Assembly: GCA_032718475.1 (NCBI GenBank)
Contig: JAUCBJ010006975.1
Coordinates: forward strand, 73,044 to 137,043
From: Nemertoderma westbladi
Lineage: Eukaryota > Animalia > Xenacoelomorpha
Direction of reading: 5' to 3'
DNA length: 64,000 bases
The notes under the pieces: model-generated
Databases searched by the model: none
The model's input: only the letters and a program-made list of their open reading frames with translations
Told to the model about the DNA's origin: nothing
Position numbers and translations under genes: made by a program
In this document: piece after piece, positions 20,901 through 33,900 of the stretch
Layout: every line of letters begins with the position of its first letter
Numbering within the stretch: the stretch's first letter is position 1

Positions 20901-23900
20901 GCTGGCTTTCTATTAATTGTTTATGGATACTCAGTATTCTTCAAGTAACATCGTCAGTTTTTTTTCCAGCTTGCTGGCTTTCTATTAATTGTTTATGGAT
21001 AGTCAGTATTCTTCAAGTAACGTCGTCAGTTTTTTTTTCCAGCTTGCTGGCTTTCTATTAATTGTTAATGGATACTCAGTATTCTTCAAGTAACGTCGTC
21101 AGTTTTTTTTCCAGCTTGCTGGCTTTCTATTAATTGTTTATGGATAGTCAGTATTCTTCAAGTAACGTCGTCAGTTTTTTTTTCCAGCTTGCTGGCTTTC
21201 TATTAATTGTTTATGGATAGTCAGTATTCTTCAAGTAACGTCGTCAGTTTTTTTTCCAGCTTGCTGGCTTTCTATTAATTGTTTATGGATAGTCAGTATT
21301 CTTCAAGTAACGTCGTCAGTTTTTTTTTCCAGCTTGCTGGCTTTCTATTAAATGTTTATGGATACTCAGTATTCTTCAAGTAACGTCGTCAGTTTTTTTT
21401 TCCAGCTTGCTGGCTTTCTATTAATTGCTTATGGATAGTCAGTATTCTTCAAGTAACGTCGTCAGTTTTTTTTCCAGCTTGCTGGCTTTCTATTAATTGT
21501 TTATGGATAGTCAGTATTCTTCAAGTAACGTCGTCAGTTTTTTTTTCCAGCTTGCTGGCTTTCTATTAATTGTTTATGGATAGTCAGTATTCTTCAAGTA
21601 ACGTCGTCAGTTTTTTTTTCCAGTTTGCTGGCTTTCTATTAATTGTTTATGGATAGTCAGTATTCTTCAAGTAACGTCGTCAGTTTTTTTTCCAGCTTGC
21701 TGGCTTTCTATTAATTGTTTATGGATTGTCAGTATTCTTCAAGTAACGTCGTCAGTTTTTTTTTCCAGTTTGCTGGCTTTCTATTAATTGTTTATGGATA
21801 GTCAGTATTCTTCAAGTAACGTCGTCAGTTTTTTTTCCAGCTTGCTGGCTTTCTATTAATTGTTTATGGATAGTCAGTATTCTTCAAGTAACGTCGTCAG
21901 TTTTTTTTCCAGCTTGCTGGCTTTCTATTAATTGTTTATGGATAGTCAGTATTCTTCAAGTAACGTCGTCAGTTTTTTTTCCAGCGTGCTGGCTTTCTAT
22001 TAATTGTTTATGGATAGTCAGTATTCTTCAAGTAACGTCGTCAGTTTTTTTTCCAGCTTGCTGGTTTTCTATTAATTGTTTATGGATAGTCAGTATTCTT
22101 CATGTAACGTCGTCAGTTTTATTTCCAGCTTGCTGGCTTTCTATTAATTGTTTATGGATAGTCAGTATTCTTCAAGTAACGTCGTCAGTTTTTTTTTCCA
22201 GTTTGCTGGCTTTCTATTAATTGTTTATGGATAGTCAGTATTCTTCAAGTAACGTCGTCAGTTTTTTTTTCCAGCTTGCTGGCTTTCTATTAATTGTTTA
22301 TGGATAGTCAGTATTCTTCAAGTAACGTCGTCAGTTTTTTTTCCAGCTTGCTGGCTTTCTATTAATTGTTTATGGATAGTCAGTATTCTTCAAGTAACGT
22401 CGTCAGTTTTTTTTCCAGCTTGCTGGCTTTCTATTAATTGTTTATGGATAGTCAGTATTCTTCAAGTAACATCGTCAGTTTTTTTTTCCAGCTTGCTGGC
22501 TTTCTATTAATTGTTTATGGTTAGTCAGTATTCTTCAAGTAACGTCGTCAGTTTTTTTTTCCAGCTTGCTGGCTTTCTATTAATTGTTTATGGATAGTCA
22601 GTATTCTTCAAGTAACGTCGTCAGTTTTTTTTCCAGCTTGCTGGCTTTCTATTAATTGTTTATGGATACTCAGTATTCTTCAAGTAACGTCGTCAGTTTT
22701 TTTTCCAGCTTGCTGGCTTTCTATTAATTGTTTATGGATACTCAGTATTCTTCAAGTAACGTCGTCAGTTTTTCTTTCCAGCTTGCTGGCTTTCTATTAA
22801 TTGTTTATGGATAGTCAGTATTCTTCAAGTAACGTCGTCAGTTTTTTTTCCAGCTTGCTGGCTTTCTATTATAATTGTTTATGGATACTCAGTATTCTTC
22901 AAGTAACGTCGTCAGTTTTTTTTTCCAGCTTGCTGGCTTTCTATTTAATTGTTTATGGATACTCAGTATTCTTCAAGTAACGTCGTCAGTTTTTCTTTCC
23001 AGCTTGCTGGCTTTCTATTAATTGTTTATGGATAGTCAGTATTCTTCAAGTAACGTCGTCAGTTTTTTTTCCAGCTTGCTGGCTTTCTATTAATTGTTTA
23101 TGGATAGTCAGTATTCTTCAAGTAACGTCGTCAGTTTTTTTTCCAGCTTGCTGGCTTTCTATTAATTGTTTATGGATAGTCAGTATTCTTCAAGTAACGT
23201 CGTCAGTTTTTTTTCCAGCTTGCTGGCTTTCTATTAATTGTTTATGGATAGTCAGTATTCTTCAAGTAACGTCGTCAGTTTTTTTTCCAGCTTGCTGGCT
23301 TTCTATTAATTGTTTATGGATAGTCAGTATTCTTCAAGTAACGTCGTCAGTTTTTTTTCCAGCTTGCTGGCTTTCTATTAATTGTTTATGGATAGTCAGT
23401 ATTCTTCAAGTAACGTCGTCAGTTTTTTTTCCAGCTTGCTGGCTTTCTATTAATTGTTTATGGATAGTCAGTATTCTTCAAGTAACGTCGTCAGTTTTTT
23501 TTCCAGCTTGCTGGCTTTCTATTAATTGTTTATGGATAGTCAGTATTCTTCAAGTAACGTCGTCAGTTTTTTTTCCAGCTTGCTGGCTTTCTATTAATTG
23601 TTTATGGATAGTCAGTATTCTTCAAGTAACGTCGTCAGTTTTTTTTCCAGCTTGCTGGCTTTCTATTAATTGTTTATGGATAGTCAGTATTCTTCAAGTA
23701 ACGTCGTCAGTTTTTTTTTCCAGCTTGCTGGCTTTCTATTAATTGTTTATGGATAGTCAGTATTCTTCAAGTAACGTCGTCAGTTTTTTTTCCAGCTTGC
23801 TGGCTTTCTATTAATTGTTTATGGATACTCAGTATTCTTCAAGTAACGTCGTCAGTTTTTTTTCCAGCTTGCTGGCTTTCTATTAATTGTTTATGGATAG

Positions 23901-25153
23901 TCAGTATTCTTCAAGTAACGTCGTCAGTTTTTTTTCCAGCTTGCTGGCTTTCTATTAATTGTTTATGGATAGTCAGTATTCTTCAAGTAACGTCGTCAGT
24001 TTTTTTTTCCAGCTTGCTGGCTTTCTATTAATTGTTTATGGATAGTCAGTATTCTTCAAGTAACGTCGTCAGTTTTTTTTTCCAGCTTGCTGGCTTTCTA
24101 TTAATTGTTTATGGATACTCAGTATTCTTCAAGTAACGTCGTCAGTTTTTTTTCCAGCTTGCTGGCTTTCTATTAATTGTTTATGGATAGTCAGTATTCT
24201 TCAAGTAACGTCGTCAGTTTTTTTTCCAGCTTGCTGGCTTTCTATTAATTGTTTATGGATAGTCAGTATTCTTCAAGTAACGTCGTCAGTTTTTTTTTCC
24301 AGCTTGCTGGCTTTCTATTAATTGTTTATGGATAGTCAGTATTCTTCAAGTAACGTCGTCAGTTTTTTTTTCCAGCTTGCTGGCTTTCTATTAATTGTTT
24401 ATGGATAGTCAGTATTCTTCAAGTAACGTCGTCAGTTTTTTTTCCAGCTTGCTGGCTTTCTATTAATTGTTTATGGATACTCAGTATTCTTCAAGTAACG
24501 TCGTCAGTTTTTTTTCCAGCTTGCTGGCTTTCTATTAATTGTTTATGGATACTCAGTATTCTTCAAGTAACGTCGTCAGTTTTTTTTTCCAGCTTGCTGG
24601 CTTTCTATTAATTGTTTATGGATACTCAGTATTCTTCAAGTAACGTCGTCAGTTTTTTTTCCAGCTTGCTGGCTTTCTATTAATTGTTTATGGATAGTCA
24701 GTATTCTTCAAGTAACGTCGTCAGTTTTTTTTCCAGCTTGCTGGCTTTCTATTAATTGTTTATGGATAGTCAGTATTCTTCAAGTAACGTCGTCAGTTTT
24801 TTTTCCAGCTTGCTGGCTTTCTATTAATTGTTTATGGATAGTCAGTATTCTTCAAGTAACGTCGTCAGTTTTTTTTCCAGCTTGCTGGCTTTCTATTAAT
24901 TGTTTATGGATAGTCAGTATTCTTCAAGTAACGTCGTCAGTTTTTTTTCCAGCTTGCTGGCTTTCTATTAATTGTTTATGGATAGTCAGTATTCTTCAAG
25001 TAACGTCGTCAGTTTTTTTTCCAGCTTGCTGGCTTTCTATTAATTGTTTATGGATAGTCAGTATTCTTCAAGTAACGTCGTCAGTTTTTTTTCCAGCTTG
25101 CTGGCTTTCTATTAATTGTTTATGGATAGTCAGTATTCTTCAAGTAACGTCGT
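17935..25153. repeat. 72/73-bp satellite, about 100 copies
   Basis: Unit ATTAATTGTTTATGGATA(G/C)TCAGTATTCTTCAAGTAACGTCGTCAG(T8-9)CCAGCTTGCTGGCTTTCT, head to tail, highly homogeneous. Confidence 0.99.
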
Positions 25154-25551
25154 AATAACATAATTAATGTTAGAGATTAAATTATTTAACATGGAGCAAG
25201 GCATATTCAGGAGTTGAAGAGTACAGTAATTTGAATTGCAGTAGGCCTAACTAATATGGAAGTAAAATTAAAATACTAGTTAAATTTATTTTGTTTCACA
25301 TTTTTTCATATCGTTCTATCTTATATTAAAGAATTGAGCAACAAGAAGTACCAATTTAAGAATTAAATTACGTATTACATGGTAAAAAAACGTAGAACAC
25401 TTTTTTAAATATTCTCTTGACCATTTATTAACCTCGCTTGCGCTCGGGAAATGAAATGCCTCGGGAATAGTGAAAAAAAGCTTTTTCCCATGTAATAAAT
25501 AATTATTTTTTTATTATAAATTATTACTAATACAAGCACAGTTGACTTACA

Positions 25552-25577
25552 CCCCCCCCCCCCCCCCCCCCCCCCCC
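25552..25577. repeat. C26 homopolymer
   Basis: Direct read. It is followed by GCGCCGCTCCTG, possibly a MITE terminus. Confidence 0.9.
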
Positions 25578-25902
25578 TATTTGTTTTGATCTAGCGCCGC
25601 TCCTGAGGATTACACATACTGTATATTAAAAAATGGAAAATACTAATTTTCTAACTACTACTAATAATCGGCCAGCTGCATTGAAACTGAACATTGAAAT
25701 TATATGCTGGGTTAATAAAAATATTTGTAGGCCTACTCCTACTAGGTAGATCTCTGCCTAGTATCAGTTCAAAAGCGAAAAGGATACAAAATAACAGGAA
25801 GTGAGAAAGTTGTCTCTCAGAGATTTCTCCCCTTAGCGGCAGAGGGCGAAAAAAATGCCTGAAAGTGAAAATCCGTGATTTATGATCCGTTCAAGCTAAA
25901 AC

Positions 25903-26181
25903 TTAATATTAAAACAATAAAATAGGACATGGGGTATATTCCCTCAGATACTACCTAGCATTTAGGGCCACTTGGGCCACTGTTAGTACTCAGGCACTAG
26001 GCCCATCAAAAAACAAAATACCAAATCGATTTTAGTGCTACATAACCCAACCCAACTACTTGGTATTTTGTTTTTTGATGGGCCTAGTGCCTGAGTACTA
26101 ACAGTGGCCCAAGTGGCCCTAAATGCTAGGTAGTATCTGAGGGAATAGACCCCATGTCCTATTTTATTGTTTTAATATTAA
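25903..26181. mobile_element. Foldback element with 122-bp arms and a 35-bp spacer
   Basis: 25903-26024 is the reverse complement of 26060-26181 with one mismatch seen (GGGGTATATT vs GGGGTCTATT). It appears inserted in an older element spanning about 25790-26430. Confidence 0.9.
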
Positions 26182-27000
26182 TATTACAATCCCTCTAAAG
26201 TCGTGGTTGTCAACATCATATAATTAAGCTAAAACTTGTCAGGTATGTGTTAGAACACATATGGAATGTACTAGAACACATCCTGTGTCTTTGTGGGGTC
26301 GGGAATCTGTATGTAGTTCTCCAGTATGCCGCTAGAGGGCGGAATATATGAAATCGCTCGTGGGCTGAAATGATATTCTAGACGTCAGACTGAGTTTTTG
26401 TGAGTTTTTAAATCGATTGTCCCCTATACACTCTTGTAAAGTGAATAGGGGACATCTGCTTAGATTTCGCTTATAATTCTTACGAGTCTATAGTATTTTT
26501 AATTTGGCATAATTCAGAATTTTCCGGTGATTTTAATTAATGGTGATATCTGCATAGCATTTTAGTTTTTGAGATCGGCCTACAGCTATTTAAATATTCA
26601 ACTAATTAAATAAATTATTAGTTTATAAAATAACTATATTTTTATTCTTCTTCTTTTAATCAATTAAATTGATAGAGTAAAAATAATTATGAATTATTGA
26701 CGTTGACGATTGAAAGTGATGATTGCTAATAATAATATTAAATAATCGAATTTAAATACAAAAAAATAAACAGATACGGCCATTATGGAACTCGAGTGCA
26801 TATTAGTATTAGTGTATATACAGTATTAGTAAGTAATGGAGAAGTGTCCATTCCACTAATCGGCAAGAATGGAATCATGGGGACAATGAAGAACGAGTGA
26901 AGAAAATGTACGGGATAGGGCATATAGGCCTACAGCGTAGTGCAGTAGTGTACGTACAGTACGGACATAAACAGTCTAACAATATTTACTGAAACGTCCG

Positions 27001-27100
27001 TAGGGCTGGGAATCCCAGAAGGTTATTGAAATCCAGGGATTCCGGGATCAGAAATGGTCCAATCGCGGGATAAATCCTGGGATTTAGAATCTCAGGAATA
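27001..27100 (+). mobile_element. hAT-like terminus with ATCCCGGGAT-type subterminal repeats
   Basis: TAGGGCTGGGAATCCC followed by several degenerate TCC(C/A)GGGAT motifs. No partner end seen. Confidence 0.4.
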
Positions 27101-27431
27101 ATGCTGGTGAAAAAATATTACAGTATTGTCAATCAATACCATTGAATATCCCTCTATTTAATATAATTTATATCTATTATTATCTATTAACCTTTAGTTA
27201 ACCTAATATTATCCTACTGTATAACATTATACTACAGTACTATACCTATCCCTCCAACAACCCCGCCTCCACCAACCACTATTTTAATATATGTCGTACT
27301 ACCATAGTGATCTCTATGTACTATCTGTTTATTGGCTATGCTTATTCCGGTCAAAGTCCGTCTTTCTACACCACCCCCACCCCCCCTCCCCTCTCCCCTT
27401 AAAGAAAATTAATATATTCTTTAAATAAATA

Positions 27432-27468
27432 ACCTAATATATTTCTGCCACTAGGGCCTCATCAGAGT
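27432..27468 (-). ncRNA. Degenerate minimal type I hammerhead ribozyme motif
   Basis: Minus strand reads ACT-CTGATGA-GGCC CTAGT GGCA-GAAA-TATAT-TAGGT: conserved core, short stem II and a palindromic stem III (ATATAT). Confidence 0.5.
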
Positions 27469-27570
27469 AAAGCAATGCCTAACCAAACTAGACTAGTGTA
27501 GTCTAGATAAATCGAAAGATTTATTTTAAAGACTTTTAGATTTATTAGTCCAGTGTGGTCTAGTTTGGTT

Positions 27571-27608
27571 CACTCTGATGATGGCCATAGTGGCAGAAAC
27601 ATAGAGTG
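27571..27608 (+). ncRNA. Degenerate minimal type I hammerhead ribozyme motif, disrupted by a MITE
   Basis: CACT-CTGATGA-TGGCC ATAGT GGCA-GAAAC-ATA. A MITE starts at about 27604. Confidence 0.5.
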
Positions 27609-27775
27609 TAAACGCTACGCCGACAACCGACAACCGACAACCGACAACCAACGCCGACAACCATTATTAAAGCTAATTTATGTTATTTATTAATTAGGGA
27701 AAGGATTTTCATATCTTCCGTTATCGGCAGTGCAGTGGTTGTCGGCTGTCGGTTGTCGGCGTAGCGTTTAAACCC
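27604..27775. mobile_element. MITE (PIF/Harbinger-like) with CCGACAA subterminal repeats
   Basis: TIRs GAGTGTAAACGCTACGCCGACAACC and GGTTGTCGGCGTAGCGTTTAAACCC. The 3-bp flanks are ATA and AGA. Confidence 0.7.
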
Positions 27776-27961
27776 AGAAATAAATTATTTATTTTATTTA
27801 AAGAAGATATAAATTTTAGCAACGAGAGAAGTCCCCAACTCAGACTCTATTGTAATGTTGAATTAACCGGTCTAAAGTTACTTGCCGGTATCTTAAGTAA
27901 GTACAGTACATAGGATCACAAAGAATCCAATTTCAGTACTAAACTAAAGGTGGACCTTTGT

Positions 27962-30900
27962 CCTATAGGTGGGTCAACATTGAAACACTGGCACTACTGT
28001 GGAACATGGTTGCCCTATAGGTGGGTCAACATTGAAACACTGGCACTACTGTGGAACATGGTTGCCCTATAGGTGGGTCAACATTGAAACACTGGCACTA
28101 CTGTGGAACATGGTTGCCCTATAGGTGGGTCAACATTGAAACACTGGCACTACTGTGAACATGGCTGACCTATAGGTGGGTCAACATTGAAACACTGGCA
28201 CTACTGTGGAACATGGTTGCTCTATAGGTGGGTCAACATTGAAACACTGGCACTAATGTAGAACATGGTTGCTCTATAGGTGGGTCAACATTGAAACACT
28301 GGCACTACTGTGGAACATGGTTGCTCTATAAGTGGGTCAATATTGAAACACTGGCACTACTGTGGAACATGGTTGACCTAAAGGTGGGTCAACATTGAAA
28401 CACTGTCACTACTATAGAACATGGTTGCTCTATAGGTGGGTCAATATTGAAACACTGGCACTACTGTGGAACATGGTTGCCCTATAGGTGGGTCAACATT
28501 GAAACACTGGCACTACTGTGGAACATGGTTGACCTAAAGGTGGGTCAACATTGAAACACTGTTACTACTATAGAACATGGTTGCCCTATACATAGGTGGG
28601 TCAACATTGAAACACTGGCACTACTGTGGAACATGGTTGCTCTATAGGTGGGTCAACATTGAAACACTGGCACTACTGTGGAACATGGTTGACCTAAAGG
28701 TGGGTCAACATTGAAACACTGTCACTACTATAGAACATGGTTGCCCTATACATAGGTGGGTCAACATTGAAACACTGGCACTACTGTGGAACATGGTTGC
28801 CCTATAGGTGGGTCAACATTGAAACACTGGCACTACTGTGGAACATGGTTGCTCTATAGGTGGGTCAGCATTGAAACACTGGGACTACTGTGGAACATGG
28901 TTGCCCTATACAATAGGTGGGTCAACATTGAAACACTGGCACTACTGTGGAACATGGTTGACCTATACAATAGGTGGGTCAACATTGAAACACTGGCACT
29001 ACTGTGGAACATGGTTGACCTAAAGGTGGGTCAACATTGAAACACTGTCACTACTATAGAACATGGTTGCCCTATAGGTGGGTCAACATTGAAACACTGG
29101 CACTACTGTGGAACATGGTTGCCCTATAGGTGGGTCAACATTGAAACACTGGCACTACTGTGGAACATGGTTGCCCTATAGGTGGGCCAACATTGAAACA
29201 CTGGCACTACTGTGGAACATGGTTGCTCTATAGGTGGGTCAACATTGAAACACTGGCACTACTGTGGAACATGGTTGCCCTATAGGTGGGTCAACATTGA
29301 AACACTGGCACTACTGTGGAACATGGTTGCTCTATAAGTGGGCCAACATTGAAACACTGGCACTACTGTGGAACATGGTTGCTCTATAGATGGGTCAACA
29401 TTGAAACACTGGCACTACTGTGGAACATGGTTGCTCTATAGGTGGGTCAATATTGAAACACTGGCACTACTGTGGAACATGGTTGCTCTATAGGTGGCTC
29501 AACATTGAAACACTGGCACTAAACTGTGGAACATGGCTGCTCTATAGGTGGGTCAACATTGAAACACTGGCACTACTGTGGAACATGGTTGCTCTATAGG
29601 TGGGTCAATATTGAAACACTGGCACTACTGTGGAACATGGTTGCTCTATAGGTGGGTCAACATTGAAACACTGGCACTACTGTGGAACATGGTTGCTCTA
29701 TAGGTGGCTCAACATTGAAACACTGGCACTAAACTGTGGAACATGGCTGCTCTATAGGTGGGTCAACATTGAAACACTGGCACTACTGTGGAACATGGTT
29801 GCTCTATAGGTGGGTCAATATTGAAACACTGGCACTACTGTGGAACATGGTTGCCCTATAGGTGGGTCAATATTGAAACACTGGCACTACTGTGGAACAT
29901 GGTTGCTCTATAGGTGGGTCAACATTGAAACACTGGCACTACTGTGGAACATGGTTGCTCTATAGGTGGGTCAATATTGAAACACTGGCACTACTGTGGA
30001 ACATGGTTGCTCTATAGGTGGGACAACATTGAAACACTGGCACTACTGTGGAACATGGTTGCTCTATAGGTGGGTCAATATTGAAACACTGGCACTACTG
30101 TGGAACATGGTTGACCTAAAGGTGGGTCAACATTGAAACACTGTCACTACTATAGAACATGGTTGCCCTATACATAGGTGGGTCAACATTGAAACACTGG
30201 CACTACTGTGGAACATGGTTGACCTAAAGGTGGGTTAACATTGAAACACTGTCACTACTATAGAACATGGTTGCCCTATACATAGGTGGGTCAACATTGA
30301 AACACTGGCACTACTGTGGAACATGGTTGCCCTATAGGTGGGTCTACATTGAAACACTGGCACTACTGTGGAACATGGTTGCTCTATAGGTGGGTCAACA
30401 TTGAAACACTGGCACTACTGTGGAACATGGTTGCCCTATAGGTGAGTCAACATTGAAACACTGGCACTACTGTGGAACATGGTTGCTCTATAGGTGGGTC
30501 AACATTGAAACACTGGCACTACTGTGGAACATGGTTGCCCTATAGGTGGGTCTACATTGAAACACTGGCACTACTGTGGAACATGGTTACCCTATACAGT
30601 AGGTGGGCCAACATTGAAACACTGGCACTACTGTGGAACATGGTTGCCCTATAGGTGGGTCAACATTGAAACACTGGCACTACTGTGGAACATGGTTGCT
30701 CTATAAGTGGGCCAACATTGAAACACTGGCACTACTGTGGAACATGGTTGCCCTATAGGTGAGTCAACATTGAAACACTGGCACTACTGTGGAACATGGT
30801 TGCCCTATAGGTGGGTCAACATTGAAACACTGGCACTACTGTGGAACATGGTTGCTCTATAAGTGGGCCAACATTGAAACACTGGCACTACTGTGGAACA

Positions 30901-33900
30901 TGGTTGCTCTATAGGTGGCTCAACATTGAAACACTGGCACTAAACTGTGGAACATGGCTGCTCTATAGGTGGGTCAACATTGAAACACTGGCACTACTGT
31001 GGAACATGGTTGCTCTATAGGTGGATCAATATTGAAACACTGGCACTACTGTGGAACATGGTTGCCCTATAGGTGGGTCAACATTGAAACACTGGCACTA
31101 CTGTGGAACATGGTTGCTCTATAGGTGGGTCAACATTGAAACACTGGCACTACTGTGGAACATGGTTGCCCTATAGGTGGGCCAACATTGAAACACTGGC
31201 ACTACTGTGGAACATGGTTGCTCTATAGGTGGGTCAACATTGAAACACTGGCACTACTGTGGAACATGGTTGCCCTATAGGTGGGCCAACATTGAAACAC
31301 TGGCACTACTGTGGAACATGGTTGCTCTATAGGTGGGTCAACATTGAAACACTGGCACTACTGTGGAACATGGTTGCCCTATAGGTGGGCCAACATTGAA
31401 ACACTGGCACTACTGTGGAACATGGTTGCTCTATAGGTGGGTCAACATTGAAACACTGGCACTACTGTGGAACATGGTTGCCCTATAGGTGGGTCAACAT
31501 TGAAACACTGGCACTACTGTGGAACATGGTTGCTCTATAGGTGGGTCAACATTGAAACACTGGCACTACTGTGGAACATGGTTGCCCTATAGGTGGGTCA
31601 ACATTGAAACACTGGCACTACTGTGGAACATGGTTGCCCTATACAGTAGGTGGGCCAACATTGAAACACTGGCACTACTGTGGAACATGGTTGCCCTATA
31701 GGTGGGTCAACATTGAAACACTGGCACTACTGTGGAACATGGTTGCTCTATAGGTGGGTCAACATTGAAACACTGGCACTACTGTGGAACATGGTTGACC
31801 TAAAGGTGGGTCAACATTGAAACACTGGCACTACTGTGGAACATGGTTGACCTATAGGTGGGTCAACATTGAAACACTGGCACTACTGTGGAACATGGTT
31901 GACCTATAGGTGGGTCAACATTGAAACACTGGCACTACTGTGGAACATGGTTGCTCTATAGGTGGGTCAATATTGAAACACTGGCACTAAACTGTGGAAC
32001 ATGGCTGCTCTATAGGTGGGTCAACATTGAAACACTGGCACTACTGTGGAACATGGTTGCTCTATAGGTGGGTCAATATTGAAACACTGGCACTACTGTG
32101 GAACATGGTTGCCCTATAGGTGGGTCAACATTGAAACACTGGCACTACTGTGGAACATGGTTGCTCTATAGGTGGGTCAACATTGAAACACTGGCACTAC
32201 TGTGGAACATGGTTGCCCTATAGGTGGGTCAACATTGAAACACTGGCACTACTGTGGAACATGGTTGCCCTATACAGTAGGTGGGCCAACATTGAAACAC
32301 TGGCACTACTGTGGAACATGGTTGCCCTATAGGTGGGTCAACATTGAAACACTGGCACTACTGTGGAACATGGTTGCTCTATAGGTGGGTCAACATTGAA
32401 ACACTGGCACTACTGTGGAACATGGTTGCCCTATACAGTAGGTGGGCCAACATTGAAACACTGGCACTACTGTGGAACATGGTTGCCCTATAGGTGGGTC
32501 AACATTGAAACACTGGCACTAACTGTGGAACATGGTTGCCCTATAGGTGGGTCAACATTGAAACACTGGCACTACTGTGGAACATGGTTGCTCTATAGGT
32601 GGGTCAACATTGAAACACTGGCACTACTGTGGAACATGGTTGCTCTATAGGTGGCTCAACATTGAAACACTGGCACTAAACTGTGGAACATGGCTGCTCT
32701 ATAGGTGGGTCAACATTGAAACACTGGCACTACTGTGGAACATGGTTGCTCTATAGGTGGGTCAACATTGAAACACTGGCACTACTGTGGAACATGGTTG
32801 CCCTATAGGTGGGTCAACATTGAAACACTGGCACTACTGTGGAACATGGTTGCCCTATACAGTAGGTGGGCCAACATTGAAACACTGGCACTACTGTGGA
32901 ACATGGTTGCCCTATAGGTGGGTCAATATTGAAACACTGGCACTACTGTAGAACATGGTTGCCCTATAGGAGGGTCAACATTGAAACACTGGCACTACTG
33001 TGGAACATGGTTGCCCTATAGGAGGGTCAACATTGAAACACTGGCACTAATGTAGAACATGGTTGCCCTATAGGTGGGTCAACATTGAAACACTGGCACT
33101 ACTGTAGAACATGGTTGACCTATAGGTGGGTCAACATTGAAACACTGGCACTACTGTGGAACATGGTTGCTCTATAGGTGGGTCAACATCGAAACACTGG
33201 CACTAATGTAGAACATGGTTGACCTATAGGTGGTCAACATTGAAACACTGGCACTACTGTGGAACATGGTTGCCCTATAGGAGGGTCAACATTGAAACAC
33301 TAGCACTAATGTAGAACATGGTTGCTCTATAGGTGGGTCAACATTGAAACACTGGCACTACTGTGGAACATGGTTGCCCTATAGGTGGGTCAATATTGAA
33401 ACACTGGCACTACTGTGGAACATGGTTGCCCTATAGGAGGGTCAACATTGAAACACTGGCACTACTGTAGAACATGGTTGACCTATAGGTGGGTCAACAT
33501 TGAAACACTGGCACTACTGTGGAACATGGTTGCTCTATAGGTGGGTCAACATCGAAACACTGGCACTAATGTAGAACATGGTTGACCTATAGGTGGTCAA
33601 CATTGAAACACTGGCACTACTGTGGAACATGGTTGCCCTATAGGAGGGTCAACATTGAAACACTAGCACTAATGTAGAACATGGTTGCTCTATAGGTGGG
33701 TCAACATTGAAACACTGGCACTACTGTAGAACATGGTTGACCTATAGGTGGTCAACATTGAAACACTGGCACTACTGTGGAACATGGTTGCCCTATAGGA
33801 GGGTCAACATTGAAACACTAGCACTAATGTAGAACATGGTTGCTCTATAGGTGGGTCAACATTGAAACACTGGCACTACTGTGGAACATGGTTGCTCTAT

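Larger units (their letters stand above)
27407..27890. mobile_element. Inverted pair of Penelope-like pLTR relics
   Basis: Imperfect palindrome centred near 27525. Each arm carries GTCTAGTTTGGTT, CTGATGA-stem-GAAA and an AT-rich tail (TATTTAAAGAA). Confidence 0.55.

Noticed and set aside
25420-25505. CTCGCTTGCGCTCGGG hairpin-type element end
   Set aside because: It resembles ends of common invertebrate non-autonomous repeats but is too short to classify or bound.
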